NCBI GenBank assembly: GCA_965112155.1
Contig: OZ218100.1
Source of the DNA: Podarcis liolepis
Lineage: Eukaryota
DNA length: 64,000 nucleotides
Strand: one strand, 5' to 3'
This document shows positions 39,375 through 51,840 of the stretch, in pieces. The stretch's first letter is position 1. The number at the start of each line of letters is the position of its first letter. The notes under the pieces were generated by a model that worked only from the letters and a program-made list of their open reading frames with translations, was not told the DNA's origin and made no database searches. A program made the translations under genes and the position numbers.

Positions 39375-40276
39375 CTTCTCACAAATGCTAAGCCAAACTA
39401 TGGCTTGGAGTGTATGAGCAAATGTGTGGGCTCCTGGAGAAGAGATCACAGCCACTTTGCTGCTTCCTGGTGGTTTTGCTGCTGTGCTGCACTAAGCCAT
39501 GGTTTGACTGCATCAATAGGAGTATAGCATCTAGATCAAGGGAAGTAATAGTGCCACTGTATTCTGCTCTGGTCAGACCTCACCTGGAGTACTGTGTCCA
39601 GTTCTGGGCACCACAGTTCAAGAAGGACACTGACAAACTGGAACGTGTCCAGAGGAGGGCAACCAAAATGGTCAAAGGCCTGGAAACGATGCCTTATGAG
39701 GAACGGCTAAGGGAGCTGGGCATGTTTAGCCTGGAGAAGAGGAGGTTAAGGGGTGATATGATAGCCATGTTCAAATATATAAAAGGATGTCACATAGAGG
39801 AGGGAGAAAGGTTGTTTTCTGCTGCTCCAGAGAAGCGGACACGGAGCAATGGATCCAAACTACAAGAAAGAAGATTCCACCTAAACATTAGGAAGAACTT
39901 CCTGACAGTAAGAGCTGTTCGACAGTGGAATTTGCTGCCAAGGAGTGTGGTGGAGTCTCCTACTTTGGAGGTCTTTAAGCAGAGGCTTGACAACCATATG
40001 TCAGGAGTGCTCTGACGGTGTTTCCTGCTTGGCAGGGGGTTGGACTCGATGGCCCTTGTGGTCTATTCCAACTCTATGATTCTATGACTTAGCATATTGC
40101 CCAAACATGGGCTTGCGATTAGCTGTCCCATACAAACCACAAACTGTAAGCCCATGGCAAAAGAAGAACAGCTTAGGGAGGAGCAAAGGAATCATGATAT
40201 TCTCTCCATTCACCCACTTCCTCATTTGCACTAAACCATGGTTTGGTTTGGCTTAGTATTAGTGCAAACCAGGCCA
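39375..40276. repeat. palindromic repeat (taaaccatggttt family) split by a CR1 insertion
   Basis: Inverted repeats aatgctaagccaaac (39384-39398) and gtttggcttagtatt (40246-40260); recurring taa(a/g)ccatggttt. Confidence 0.55.
39508..40087 (+). mobile_element. young 5'-truncated CR1 LINE (ORF2 C-terminus, 3'UTR and tail)
   Basis: Uninterrupted frame [35 protein letters not shown]...[11 protein letters not shown]...RRLRGD...WNLLP...FKQRLD with its stop at 40013-40015, and the tail ctctatgattctatga. Confidence 0.97.
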
Positions 40277-41099
40277 TTATGTATACATCTGTACCTTCTG
40301 CACAAAAAACAGTTGCCTGTCAAATGTTAAAATCAGACACATGTCATATCCTATTGTGCCCAAATATCAATCTTGTAGATTGATCAGAAAATACTAATGA
40401 ATAATCTTGTGGAATTTGTTGAGGCTTCTAAAAATATATTTTAATGTAATATGTAATGTATATGAATGGGAACACCCTTCTGGGTTTAGTTCATCCCAGC
40501 TCCCCAGCAATATCAATAGATGCATAGATAGATAAGCATGTGACACAACTGTGCTAATGTCAAACTGTGTCATTACTTCCCTTGACTACCCTTCTTCTAC
40601 TTGCTTTCCTTGTACAAAGGGGATCTGATAAAAGTTGTGGGTTGACACTATGTTGCCTTTGATGGAAGGATTAGGAATAATCTCAGTGGATCGAGAAGGA
40701 GTGGAGGGAACAGGTTCAACAGTTCGCTGCTTCAGAGGGAACCTGAGGACACTTTCTGTCTGTGCAGGATATACACAAAAGTTACTTGACTACCACCCCT
40801 GGGATTTTGAATTCATTTGCACTTTATCAAAGTGGGCATTGAATCAAAGCCTTTTATCCCCCATATGCAAGAGACAACAGTTCCATACTAGTTATGCAGG
40901 GATGCAAACCTGTGCATGTTGACTTGGAACTAGTCTTACAGTGCCTTTGCTATGAGTATATAAAGCCCCTAATAGCTTGTTGGGACCATTTATTTGTGAG
41001 ATCACTCTGTGCCCACTTGACTGCATTGATTTGTGGAACTGGTACTGTTTGTTACAGGTGCCGTATAATACTTGTTCCACAACTATAAGAAATCAATAC

Positions 41100-41250
41100 A
41101 CTTTGGAACTCCCTGCCCATTGAGATCAGGCAGGTGCCCTCACTGTGCTGTTTTCATGTCTGCCAAGCTGTTTTTTATTCATACTTTTTATATTTCTTGT
41201 AAACTGCTTAGAGGTGTTTCTACAATTACACAGTATATAAATTTAGCTAG
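41100..41250 (+). mobile_element. L2-type LINE 3' remnant
   Basis: ctttggaactccctgccc (LWNSLP), then a tgtaaactgcttagagg...cagtatataaat tail. Confidence 0.6.
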
Positions 41251-42990
41251 ATTTTTTTAAAATGGCATTTGTGTCTTGCAACACTTTATTTCTGAGCCTG
41301 TGAATGAGAGGTTGCTCAGCAATGTTGAAAATGTGAGGGGGGTGGGGAACCAAACCAAAACCCAAACAATTGCAAAAGTTATTGCCTTATGATGGGGAAT
41401 TGGATCAGTTCCTACAACTTTTTGTCTGAGACCCAAGGACAGTTGTGGCTGCTTTGTGATAAGAAAGAATTATTCATGTATTCTGACTGGCAGGCGGATT
41501 GCATCCTTTTTATGTAAAACTGCTGAAAAAGATAAAAAGCAAGCAATGCAAATGTTTTAGGAGCTTTGAAGCAAACAATTGATGTTGGACCAACTGTTTT
41601 CCCGCTGTAGGGCAGCCTTGTTTGTTTATTAAACTGTGTCTTCAGCAACAAGTGCTCTAAGGATGGGTTACAATTAAAAAAAACCACACCAAAACAATAA
41701 AACAGGAGCAGTCAACTGTTTTCAGGTGGAGGGCTGTATTTAGGGTGAAGTCTGCATGCTGGTGGAGGTGGGACAGCGATTGGTAGATTTTGGTAACACG
41801 GAAGTCATTTGGTGATAACATTCAGTGATGATGGGAAATATTCAGCATCAGTGGCAAGGCAACTTGGGAGAAGAGGAGCTAAAGAGAAGACTCCAGTGGG
41901 TTACTTGTAGCCCATAGACCATGGGTGTCTCACATGTGGAGTGGGGAAATCCCATGAATAATATAATGCAATACTGAAGTGGTAAATATCTTAAGTTTTT
42001 AATCTGCTGTTTTTAGTGCACTGCAATCCTAGACACGCTTGCCTGGCAGCAAGTCCAATAAGAAGACATGTATAGGACTGCACTGTCAGTCACATTAGGA
42101 GCATTAAGTATAATTTCAAAAGAAATTATGTCCTAACATGTTATGAAGAGATGATTAAGAAGTCCTAGTCAGAGTATTGATGGTTTGGGGTCAGAAAATA
42201 TTGAGAGAATTTGTACTGGATCTGAATTCTTTTCCCTTGTTTTATTCATAGTTGAACCCTGTTAGTTCTCTCTTCATTACCATGCCCATAGCATCCTGAT
42301 TCTGATTAGATTTAATTTTCACCTTACACCAGAGTTCTTAGACTACTATGTAGCATGGGAAAACAAGGAGACCTCATTGGAAGCTGACTGCTGTACAAAA
42401 TATGAGTTGCTGAAGATATCACATATGACCAATAACTGAAAGTGGATTTTCTAGGTATATCCATGCATGAAGAAATCATTAGCTGAGCCTACAGCTGTGG
42501 TTAGTGCACTATAGCCAAAACCAGTTTGCTGCCCACAATTCTCGTGAAAATTCTTCTTAATATTCTTCTTCTCCAAATGTTCAAATATTGTCCAGATACT
42601 GATACGTGACAGTTGGTATTTTCACTATATTTGATCAATGACTTCCAGTGGTATTTAGTATTTAGTATCAGCACAGATAGTGTATCAAATCACAGTGGCT
42701 TTTAAATTTTCTGCCTACATCAACTCATGCCAATGAAACACTGTGTGTCTGCCAGGTTACATTGAAGTGGATCCTGGGCATGTCCTAGGCTGCACATTGT
42801 TTTCAGATGAATTAACTGTGTGTTTCCTGACTCAGAATTCACTTTGGGCTGTACATCAGATATCCATGATGGTGGACAAGCTGTTTCATGCACCAATAGG
42901 CCTCTAAAGAAACCAGGATTTTCCACAAAATAGTTTGAATGCCACTGTTACATTTATGGGAGAATGCCATCGAACATAACTATGTACAAC

Positions 42991-43419
42991 TGCTAGTTAG
43001 TGAATTGAGGAGTTAAGGACCATAGAGTTGTATTTCAAGATAGACTCAGTTATGTCACACCCCCTCTCCTCTGGAGAAAAAGTGAAACTTATTTCCTCTT
43101 CCTCTCTCTCTCTGCACCATGTAACCAACGAAGTAAGCTTGCTCCCAAACTTACAGCATGTGTTTAGAACGGTATTCTGTATTTTCTACCCAAGAGTATT
43201 TTGTCTATATTATACTTGCTGCTACATTGTAGATTGCATGATTGAGACACTGGATCTGTAAGTAAAACATTTTAAACTTACTTAACAGTGTGTGGTCTGC
43301 TCATTGCAAAAGGGTAGCTCTGTGCTAGCCCTGTGTTTTGAATCCAGACACCAGCTGATTCTTCTGTTGTTCACCTACACGCGTGGGTCCCAGGGATTCA
43401 TATATTTAAATTCCCAACA
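42991..43419 (+). mobile_element. solo LTR (Gypsy-like)
   Basis: TG...CCCAACA termini, 5-bp flanks acaac (42986-42990) / acaat (43420-43424) and an internal AGTAAA polyA-like signal at 43261. Confidence 0.55.
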
Positions 43420-45175
43420 ACAATATATTTGATGGTTGACAGTGTTGAATAGTTGACATTCAAAGTATTTGGTAGTTGACATGAAGTGGTATTAGGATTA
43501 ACTAGCATTTGATTAATAAAATATAGTAATATTTAACAGTTGACAACCTATGAGATTTCTTATTTGAAGCTTGCCAAAACCAAAATAATCAACAGAAGTC
43601 AACAAGTCTACGGCACTGACATATTGAAACATTAACTGGTGAATTTATTTCATAGAAATACAATAATCAGCTGGAGAAACTGAAAGATTTGCAGAATTTA
43701 AAAGATTGGTGGATATTTGACTCAGTTCTTATTCTTAGGTGATGTGACTGGTATAAGTGTGGAGAAGATGGATGTGCACTAATGAGTGGGCATGAGACGA
43801 CTGGGAGAATATCATTGAAAGAGAAGCTTACAAGATGAAGAATAATTATCATAGCCGATTTAAGGCAGCCAGATTTCTCTGCACATCCCAAAATGGAAGA
43901 TAGTCCCCCGGCAAAAAAATAGGTTAATCAATTTTATATTTCAGAATAATGAAAAGGAGATCCAACATTACATATTTGGTTGTTGTTTTGTGTTGCATTG
44001 TGATGTGCTGGTAGTGTAACCGCCCCACCTTAAGTTCTTTTCCTTTCTCTTCTAGCTGACTGCCTATGTCAGGGGAAGCAGAAGGCTGTGCTTGAGTTCA
44101 GTGAGCTGGAACAGCATATTGATACACAGAGCAGGAATCTGCTCAAAGAGTGATGCACTTGGCAATAAGCAGCACCTTGAGTTCAGACAGAATGCACATC
44201 TGTGCCTCGTTGATAATGTAATAACCTTCATTACATCTTTGGCTGAGAGCACCTGTGCATACCCCTAAGAAGTCAGCCCAGGGCAGCCATTTTGATTGAG
44301 GTGATATTAACGGATCTCATTAAAACTGATGGCTATAGTGGTGCCCAGCAGCCCTGCTGCAGAAGGCATCTGCTGACATTTCTGTTATCGGCCTCAATTT
44401 CCAGGACTCCATCACTCAGCAATAAAAAGTTTGCTCAATTTTGAAGTAGAGCTGCGATACACTTAAAAAGAAAGAAACTAAGATTATTTGAAATGAATTA
44501 CTTACTCCTCCTCAGCTTGTCATTCTGATGCTGTCATAAACTCACAACATCATAGGCTTTAGTTATGCAAAACTATGTGATATTTTATAACACACTTAAT
44601 TTTCAGATGGTGTAAGAGAATGCAATCAGGCTTGCTCTCAGACTACAATCTGGGGCTGATAACTGGCATTTATCCCTCATCACTTGTAGAGGTGAGATGA
44701 TTGCTCAATGCTCTGCTACAAAAACTAGGAATATATGTTCAGTATTCAAATACATGGGTTGGATAGAGGGGATGGAGAAATATCAGCAGAGGAGGCAAGG
44801 TCAGGTAAATCTAGACAAAAGAGATCAATAATTTGCTGAAAGCTGGACTGAGGCAGATCTGACCTAGGTAGAACTGCTCAAGGCTCTTAGCCAATAAGAT
44901 GGCTGAGGATCAGAAAGAAGTTGCAGTGGGGCTCTGGGAAACCCTGATATCTAGGGGAATACTCTTCCAAACTTCATCAGTAAAGGAACTATAAATTATC
45001 AAGATTCATTATTAAAATTTATTAGTCATTTCCATAAACATAAATGTGAAAATGAAATGTAGGTCTTCCTAGTACTAAAAATAATGTATTAACCAATGTG
45101 AGTGTGTGTGTGTGCACGCGCGCACACCCCCCCCCCCTTTAGAAGAACATCTTTTTATGTTTGTAGAAGTCATTA

Positions 45176-45401
45176 TAGTGGTACCCTGGGTTAAGTACTT
45201 AATTCGTTCCGGAGGTCCGTTCTTAACCTGAAACTGTTCTTAACCTGAAGCACCACTTTAGCTAATGGGGCTCCCTGCTGTTGCCGCGCCGCTGGAGCAC
45301 GATTTCTGTTCTCATCCTGAAGCAAAGTACTTAACCCAAGGTACTGTTTCTGGGTTAGCGGAATCTGTAACCTGAAGCGTATGTAACCCTAGGTACCACT
45401 G
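45176..45401 (-). mobile_element. Tigger-like MITE, copy 2
   Basis: TA-TAGTGGTACC...GGTACCACTG-TA; reverse orientation relative to copy 1. Confidence 0.9.
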
Positions 45402-47446
45402 TATTCCAGTTCTTGGACATCATAAGATCTGTCGGAAGTTGGAGGAGAATAATAGCTGGGAACACAGTTGTACATCTACTTAGCCCAGAAATTTTGTTCT
45501 TTTATAGTTTTAATATATAGTTGAACTATATATATTTCCCTTCGTATATGTACTTTCCTTCACTGCTTTTAAACACCTAAAAAAAAAAATCACAAGCAAA
45601 GCTGCATCATGACTAGCTGCCCTCTAGGAGGCAGTATTAATCCTGGATTTCCTGAGTGGTGATGCATTACTAATGTCCAGAAAAACAGGCCAATACACAT
45701 GCTTTAAAACTTTTATTTGCATGCATGCTGTCTGGGCCTAAAGAGAACAAATTAAGACAAAAAGGTGAAGCATCAAGTCAATAATAAAAAGCATGCAATT
45801 ATTTCAGATTTATATACCTATTGACAATGTGAGAATATATGCAGTGTCTGTTTTGTAAACAATGGTTTTGGAGTTCTGACATTACAGTTTTTGAGAAAAG
45901 ACTAGGCTCTTTTGTGTTACTTATTATATTATTATCTAAGTGATGTATCTGGGGAGAAAGGAAAACCTGAGATGTGAAATATTAAAGTTGACTAGATTCG
46001 TGATCTGAAAAATACTGTGTTCGATGGACTTTGATGTTTTCACGTAAGCATGCTTTAAAAATACAATCTTACTGTTCTTGGGCTGTGACTGGCAGCCTAG
46101 AAAACAAGAGATGCCAAAATGGATTTCTGTCCTTGGTCTGAAATATAGTGTAGGAGACAGAAACTGCTTCTAATAAACAATTCTGCATAAACATTGCCAG
46201 TGGAGTCACCTCATTGGATAAGGCCTTTGTCTATTGTGGTTGGTTGGTTGGTTGATTGATTAATATGGACTCTGTGGGGTCAGAATCTAGAAGGTCTTGG
46301 GTGATATTTTGCGTGTCCAATGAGCTCAATAGGAGTCATGTAAGAATGTCACCTTTCAGAAGTATTCACAAGAAAGTCAATGGGATTATTTGCCTGCTTA
46401 TTCACAGCCTTATATTTGTGAATGGCTGACCCCTTATTGTGCCTCATCCTTTGCTTTTAAATTGTGCATTATTGTACTCACAAACAGTGATTGATTTATG
46501 CTAATAACATTAAAAAGCAGGGGGTTTTTTAAAGTGTACATTCCTATAGGAGTGTCTTTAGATTTTTAACTTTGAATCACCACCTTCTTTTGTGCATAAC
46601 TATTTGCAGCATGTTTTTGTTTCTATTGATCTTATTGTATGGTCTGGCATTTATCCTCTATATACCGTACTTAGAGCAACAGAAACAAGATCTCAGTTTC
46701 AAAGCTATCCAAGAAAATGGAGAGCTGAGAAAATGGATATAACTAATAGATTTTTCACTTTGTTGAAAACCATCATGTTTCACAGATATGAACCACATGC
46801 AATACCTTATTTCTTTTACTCATTAGAGCATCCACTGCCTTGTACTGATATTTATTCATTTAAACTTTGTAGACAGTCCACTGCATCCTTCTTTACTTTG
46901 ATAGAAGCAGAAACTAAAGAGTGAAGGGCATCCTCCAGAGGCACTTAAATCGTAAAGAGAAATAGGAGCATTTTTGCTCATGTTTTACATTTATGCTTTA
47001 AGTTTAGTGGTGCGCTGTGTGAATACTTTAGATATACTCACAAATCCTGTACCATTAAACCTACATTTCACTCGGGTTTGAAGGACAAAGCTCCCAACAT
47101 ATCTTAGTAGCTTTGGATTGCACATGGCCATTTCACTTCCATGTATGTAAGTACTGCAGACGCACAGTGAGTTTGCTCTGATGTAAATACATAGGGATCC
47201 TATGATTGACAGTTGTGAGGATATTCGCTTTATGTGGGTTGTGCTTAAGTGAATCAGATGAGACTGAAGGGGCCTCTGGGTAGGTAGGAGAAGGCAATAA
47301 AGAAGCGATGACTTACCTTAACATAGACTCTTATGTTTATGGGCATCCTGGATTCTGCAAGTTATTAATCTAAGAAAAATGCACCATTTAAGTTGGCTCT
47401 ATCCTGTTGATATGCAGCTATGTATCAGGTAAGCCATTTTTAAATT

Positions 47447-47583
47447 GAGACCCTCCAAAGGTCCATATTTTCCAGGAACAGGCGCGGATTTACAAAAGCC
47501 ATCCTGGTTTCTGATTTGATGCCAGAATGTCCTGCTTTTCCTTAGGACGTCCTGTTTTCATTGGAGAAATGTTGGGGGGTATG
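47447..47583 (-). mobile_element. non-autonomous DNA transposon (same family as 11145-11327)
   Basis: The reverse complement aligns to 11190-11327. Flanked by TAAATT at 47441-47446 and 47584-47589. Confidence 0.75.
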
Positions 47584-48292
47584 TAAATTGGCTGTATTTT
47601 CTAACCACAGCCAATGTAGACTTGAGACACTCACATCCCAATACAAAAATGCCCACAGTTAACACTTTAAAAAACAGGGATTTTGATTGGTTGCCTTGAC
47701 AATGCTTTGATTTCTCTCTTCTTTTTTAATAAAATGGCTCAGCAGCAAACCTTTGAGGGAGAGCAAAGGATAACCATAGGGAACTAGCATAACTCTTCAT
47801 TTCCCTATGGAGTCTAGTCATAAAATTGTCTGAAAAGGGAAGAACAGTGAAAACAAATGTAGATTAATAGTTTTCTGTATGCAAGATTTTATGAGCGCTC
47901 TATTTGCCAGGGCTCCTCAGCTCAGCTGTGCTGTGCATACTGGGAGAGGAGTAAGCAGACCAGCTTGCTTCATGCTCTGTTGCTGAATACCAATGAGGCT
48001 GCTCATGACAGAAACAGGCATTACAATCTGTGTTTGTATTATGACAAAGTTAAAGTTGGTGATTTTTGTGTGTGTGCATCTACATATTCAAAACCAGTTT
48101 CAATTCAGTGCTGTTGGACAATCATTTCTGAAAAATAGGGACTGAGCAATTGCAAACAACTTTGTTTAGTAATAATAATAATAATGTTTTTTCATGTTGG
48201 ACAGAAGCAACAGAAAATATAAATAACTGAAATAACAACAGAAACAATAATAAATAAAATGTTTGTTTATAACTGAGATAACTATGAGGCAA

Positions 48293-48475
48293 GGCTGTAG
48301 CTCCATAGCAGAGCAACTGCTTTGTGTGCAGAAACTCCCAGGTTCAAAAGCCAGCATCCCCAGGTGGTGTTTGGGAATCTGAAACCCTGGACAACTGCTG
48401 CCAGTTAGTGTAGACAATATTGAGCTAGATAGACCAAGGGTCTGACTTGGTATAAGGCTGCTTTCTATGTTCCTA
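48293..48475 (+). mobile_element. Squam3-like tRNA-derived SINE
   Basis: A-box-like tagctccatagcagagc, B-box-like ggttcaaaagcc, body ctgaaaccctgga...gctgccagttagtgtagacaatattgagctagat and tail tttctatgttcct. Confidence 0.85.
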
Positions 48476-49847
48476 AAGTTACGCTGGAACTTTCAAAGCT
48501 GTCTTATTCTGATACAAACTATTGAGCTATCAATCCCAGTATTATCTACTATGACCAGTGGTGGACCTTAGGGGCTCAAATTTTGGCGGTGCCCTGTGCA
48601 ATGCCAAAAATTGCCCCTTGTCTCTTGCCTTCCATTCTGCGGCATAATTGTGGCACTCCTGAGGCTCCACTCCCAGTGTGGCCACACTGCTCATGCTCCC
48701 CTAAATTTGCCTCTACTAAGACTGACAGTGGATTTCCAAGCAGTCAGATCCCTACTACCACATTTGTCAAGCAAAGAAGCTGAGACCTACCTCGTGAGTT
48801 GTGGTTCCTCCTCACCAGGAAACTGCAGTGGGAAACAAACTTTAATTAACACTGCTACTATAAAAACACCCTACAAGAGCATGCCTCAGAATGGTCAGGG
48901 GTTTCTCCCAAGCCTCTGGAGCAGATCTGGAGGGGGCAGGGGACATGCAGGGAGAGAAGAGGGAGAGGGCACCTGTCGCACAGGTTGAAACCAACATCAT
49001 AACCCTGTCTTTTTCTCTTCATGTGGATCATGCCCTCCACTAAGCACGCACTTTCACCCCAATCATTACTGAAATCCACATGAAGCTACTCTGACAGTTG
49101 GAATAAAACAACAACAAAGGTTGGAAGCCCTCTGATCAATATACAGTATATTTTAAAATAACCATTTTTTATTGTTTAGATACTCTCAGCTCCCCGTCTT
49201 GCCCTGAACTCCCATCTCAGGCCTCCAAAACCTGCCAAGAACTGAAAGTGAAACAAAAAATAATTTACTTCTGGAAAATTAATCCACACTTGAATTGAGT
49301 GCAGTGCAAGCAGCTAAAAAAGAAAAAGAAAAAACACCCTCATCTAGTATTCAAAAAACCCTGCATGTATAGAACAAGTAACACCCTACTGTTCCCTAAT
49401 GCAGATGACTCCGCATGAAGCAGAAAAAAAAGGTCCAGGATTGAGAAGTGACCAGAATACTCTGTTCCGTCAATGGTCTTTTCATAGAATTCAGCTGCAC
49501 CCTTACACCCACTTACTTAAGCGAAAGTCCCATTCAACACAATTGGCTTCACACAGAAATAGAAAACAGCAGCATATCTCCAAGGACTTCTGCAATTGGA
49601 GGAGGGGAAACAGTGTCATTTTTGTTCCTCCTCCATGCCTGCCCTCCTGTTCCTAACAGCAGCAGTCTGAAAGATGCTGTTGGCTGCAGATCCAAGCGCC
49701 TTGAGGATGGGGCTTAGGGGTCTCATTGCAATGGTGACACTGTGATTGACGGCCTGGTGCCCACATAGCTCTCCAGAACTAGCAGCCAACAGCCTCGCCC
49801 AGACAAAGTTGCTGGATAGGTGGCAAGCTTCCTGTTGGAACCTGGTA

Positions 49848-50063
49848 CAGTGGTACCTCGGTTTAAGAACTTAATTCGTTCTGGAGGTCCGTTCTTAATC
49901 TGAAACTGTTCTTAACCTGAGGTACCACTTTAGCTAATGGGGCCGCCGTGCCACTGCCGTGCGATTTCTGTTCTCATCCTGAAGCAAAGTTCTTAACCCG
50001 AGGTACTATTTTGGGGTTAGCGGAGTCTGTAACCTGAAGCGTCTGTAACCCAAGGTACCACTG
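49848..50063 (-). mobile_element. Tigger-like MITE, copy 3
   Basis: TA-CAGTGGTACCTC...AGGTACCACTG-TA. Confidence 0.9.
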
Positions 50064-50889
50064 TATTCTCTTACGTACTAGGAAAAAGCCTCTAAATGCT
50101 CCAGTGTAGTTATGAGACTGGTCTGAGATTACCATACTTGCAGTGGATCAAGGCATGGATCTTTGCCTTGCAGCTGGAATACAACATGCCCATACTGAAG
50201 CATGATGCTGCAATCCAGCTAAGGAAATTACCCATGTAGCACTTGTTTGCACATGCTGTTTCAAACTCATCAGATATACTGGCCTGAGCTGCATGTTAGT
50301 GCTTTGTACCCCTTCCCAAAAAACATATTGGGCTGTGTGAGAGAGAAAGGAATGGTGTTAAGTTTTTGTCACATAGGAAGCAAGTGGTACAATGGGCTCA
50401 AGCCACGTGCTCTTTTATGTGTCACAAATGTTACAGGCTGGCTCTAATGGTTTGGCAAATACTTTGCAAAAAGAGCTGAAATCTAACTAGTTCATACATC
50501 CTATGGCAGCTTCCAAATATGTCACCTGATTATGTGCTTAAAATTAAATTGGTATTTTCCCCATATAAGCATAAAATCTTCTTTTCTGAACGAAAATCTT
50601 AAAAGGAAGTTTTGAATGTATATTCAGCTTACTTGGCCCAAGATACAGTGAGCCACTGAGAAGTAGTGTTTACCACTGTGTACCCTGGCATCAGTCTTCT
50701 TCCTTTGCAGCTGCTATTTACCAGACAGTATTTGTACTGAATGTTGCTGGCAGGAAACGTGGTCTGCTAATACTGAGAAGGACTGAGAAATTTTCACACT
50801 GAGTGCTGCTGCTGACTGCTTAGAAGTATTCAGATCAGGGATAGTTCTACAATAGCTTTGTCCTACAGCAGGTTCAGAAGAAGGGAATA

Positions 50890-51121
50890 AAGTGGTACCT
50901 CGGGTTAAGAACTTAATTCGTTCTGGAGGTCCGTTTTTAACCTGAAACTGTTCTTAACCTGAGGTACCACTTTAGCTAATGGGGCCGCTGCACCGCTGCC
51001 GTACAATTTCTGTTCTCATTCTGAAGCAAAGTTTTTAACCTGAGGTACTATTTCTGGGTTAGTGGAGTCTGTAACCTAAAGCATCTGTAACCTGAAGTGT
51101 CTGTAATCTGAGGTACCACTG
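50890..51121 (-). mobile_element. Tigger-like MITE, copy 4
   Basis: TA-AAGTGGTACCTC...GAGGTACCACTG-TA. Confidence 0.9.
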
Positions 51122-51433
51122 TATACTCAGTGGCCTTTATTGTGCTCATCCTTTAAGTGGGGTGGGTAGGATTTGTCCCTTCTAAATACATTTTTGGATG
51201 ACTATTTTAGATTTTCTATATTGCTGATTTTATATCTCATTTTACTTTTTTGTTATTTCTACTTGCTAGTCGCTTTTGGAACCTAAGTGCAAAACTGTGA
51301 ATAATAATAACAACAACAAATATCATTTTTACTGTAAGATAAAAAAATGCACAAGGTTATATATTTTACTGGATCACCTTCTTCTGGTGTAAAAATACAG
51401 TATGTGTGTTTCCAAATTATATGGAATATTTCT

Positions 51434-51840
51434 TCAGGACTGCAGCCTGGGCTCTCACTCCCAATTCAGACACAGAGGGTCTGAGCAGATCCACCAGACC
51501 AGTGGCACTGGAGGGAATGGTGCTGGAAACTGATGCAGGGCCCCCTGCATTATGACTCATCACTGGACCCCAGAATCAGGGACCTCTTGAGCTCGACCAT
51601 ACCTTTAGAGTCTGCACCCTCTGAGGAACTGGTCCCTCCATGCCAGGGACCTACATACCCCATCTCAGCCTGTCAGTGCAGGCAACGAGCCCAGAGAGAA
51701 TACTCAGAGAGGAGGAGGCCTGTCCCTTTAAGGAGGGCTGTTCTGGACCTGGAGACATAAAAGGCTTCAGTTAAATCACTGACAGAGGAATTTAAAGCTT
51801 TTCTTGGTTCTGTAACCACTATCCTACTTTGCTGTCTTGT
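51434..51840 (+). mobile_element. possible LTR-derived remnant
   Basis: Abrupt GC-richer island starting tcaggactgcag, with a TATA-like cataaaagg near 51756. Ends are not defined. Confidence 0.3.

Noticed and set aside
39410-40015. 201-aa ORF as a host gene
   Set aside because: It is a CR1 ORF2 C-terminal fragment fused by chance to upstream repeat sequence, and the frame starts at GTG.
43431-43605. CRISPR-like repeat-spacer array
   Set aside because: The repeats are only 7 bp, irregularly spaced and in a vertebrate context.
45616-45636. Second CTCF motif (ctgccctctaggaggcag)
   Set aside because: It has two mismatches in the conserved CCAC end of the core and is too weak without data.
48293-48365. 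tRNA gene
   Set aside because: The A and B boxes belong to a SINE head, are degenerate and continue into the SINE body.
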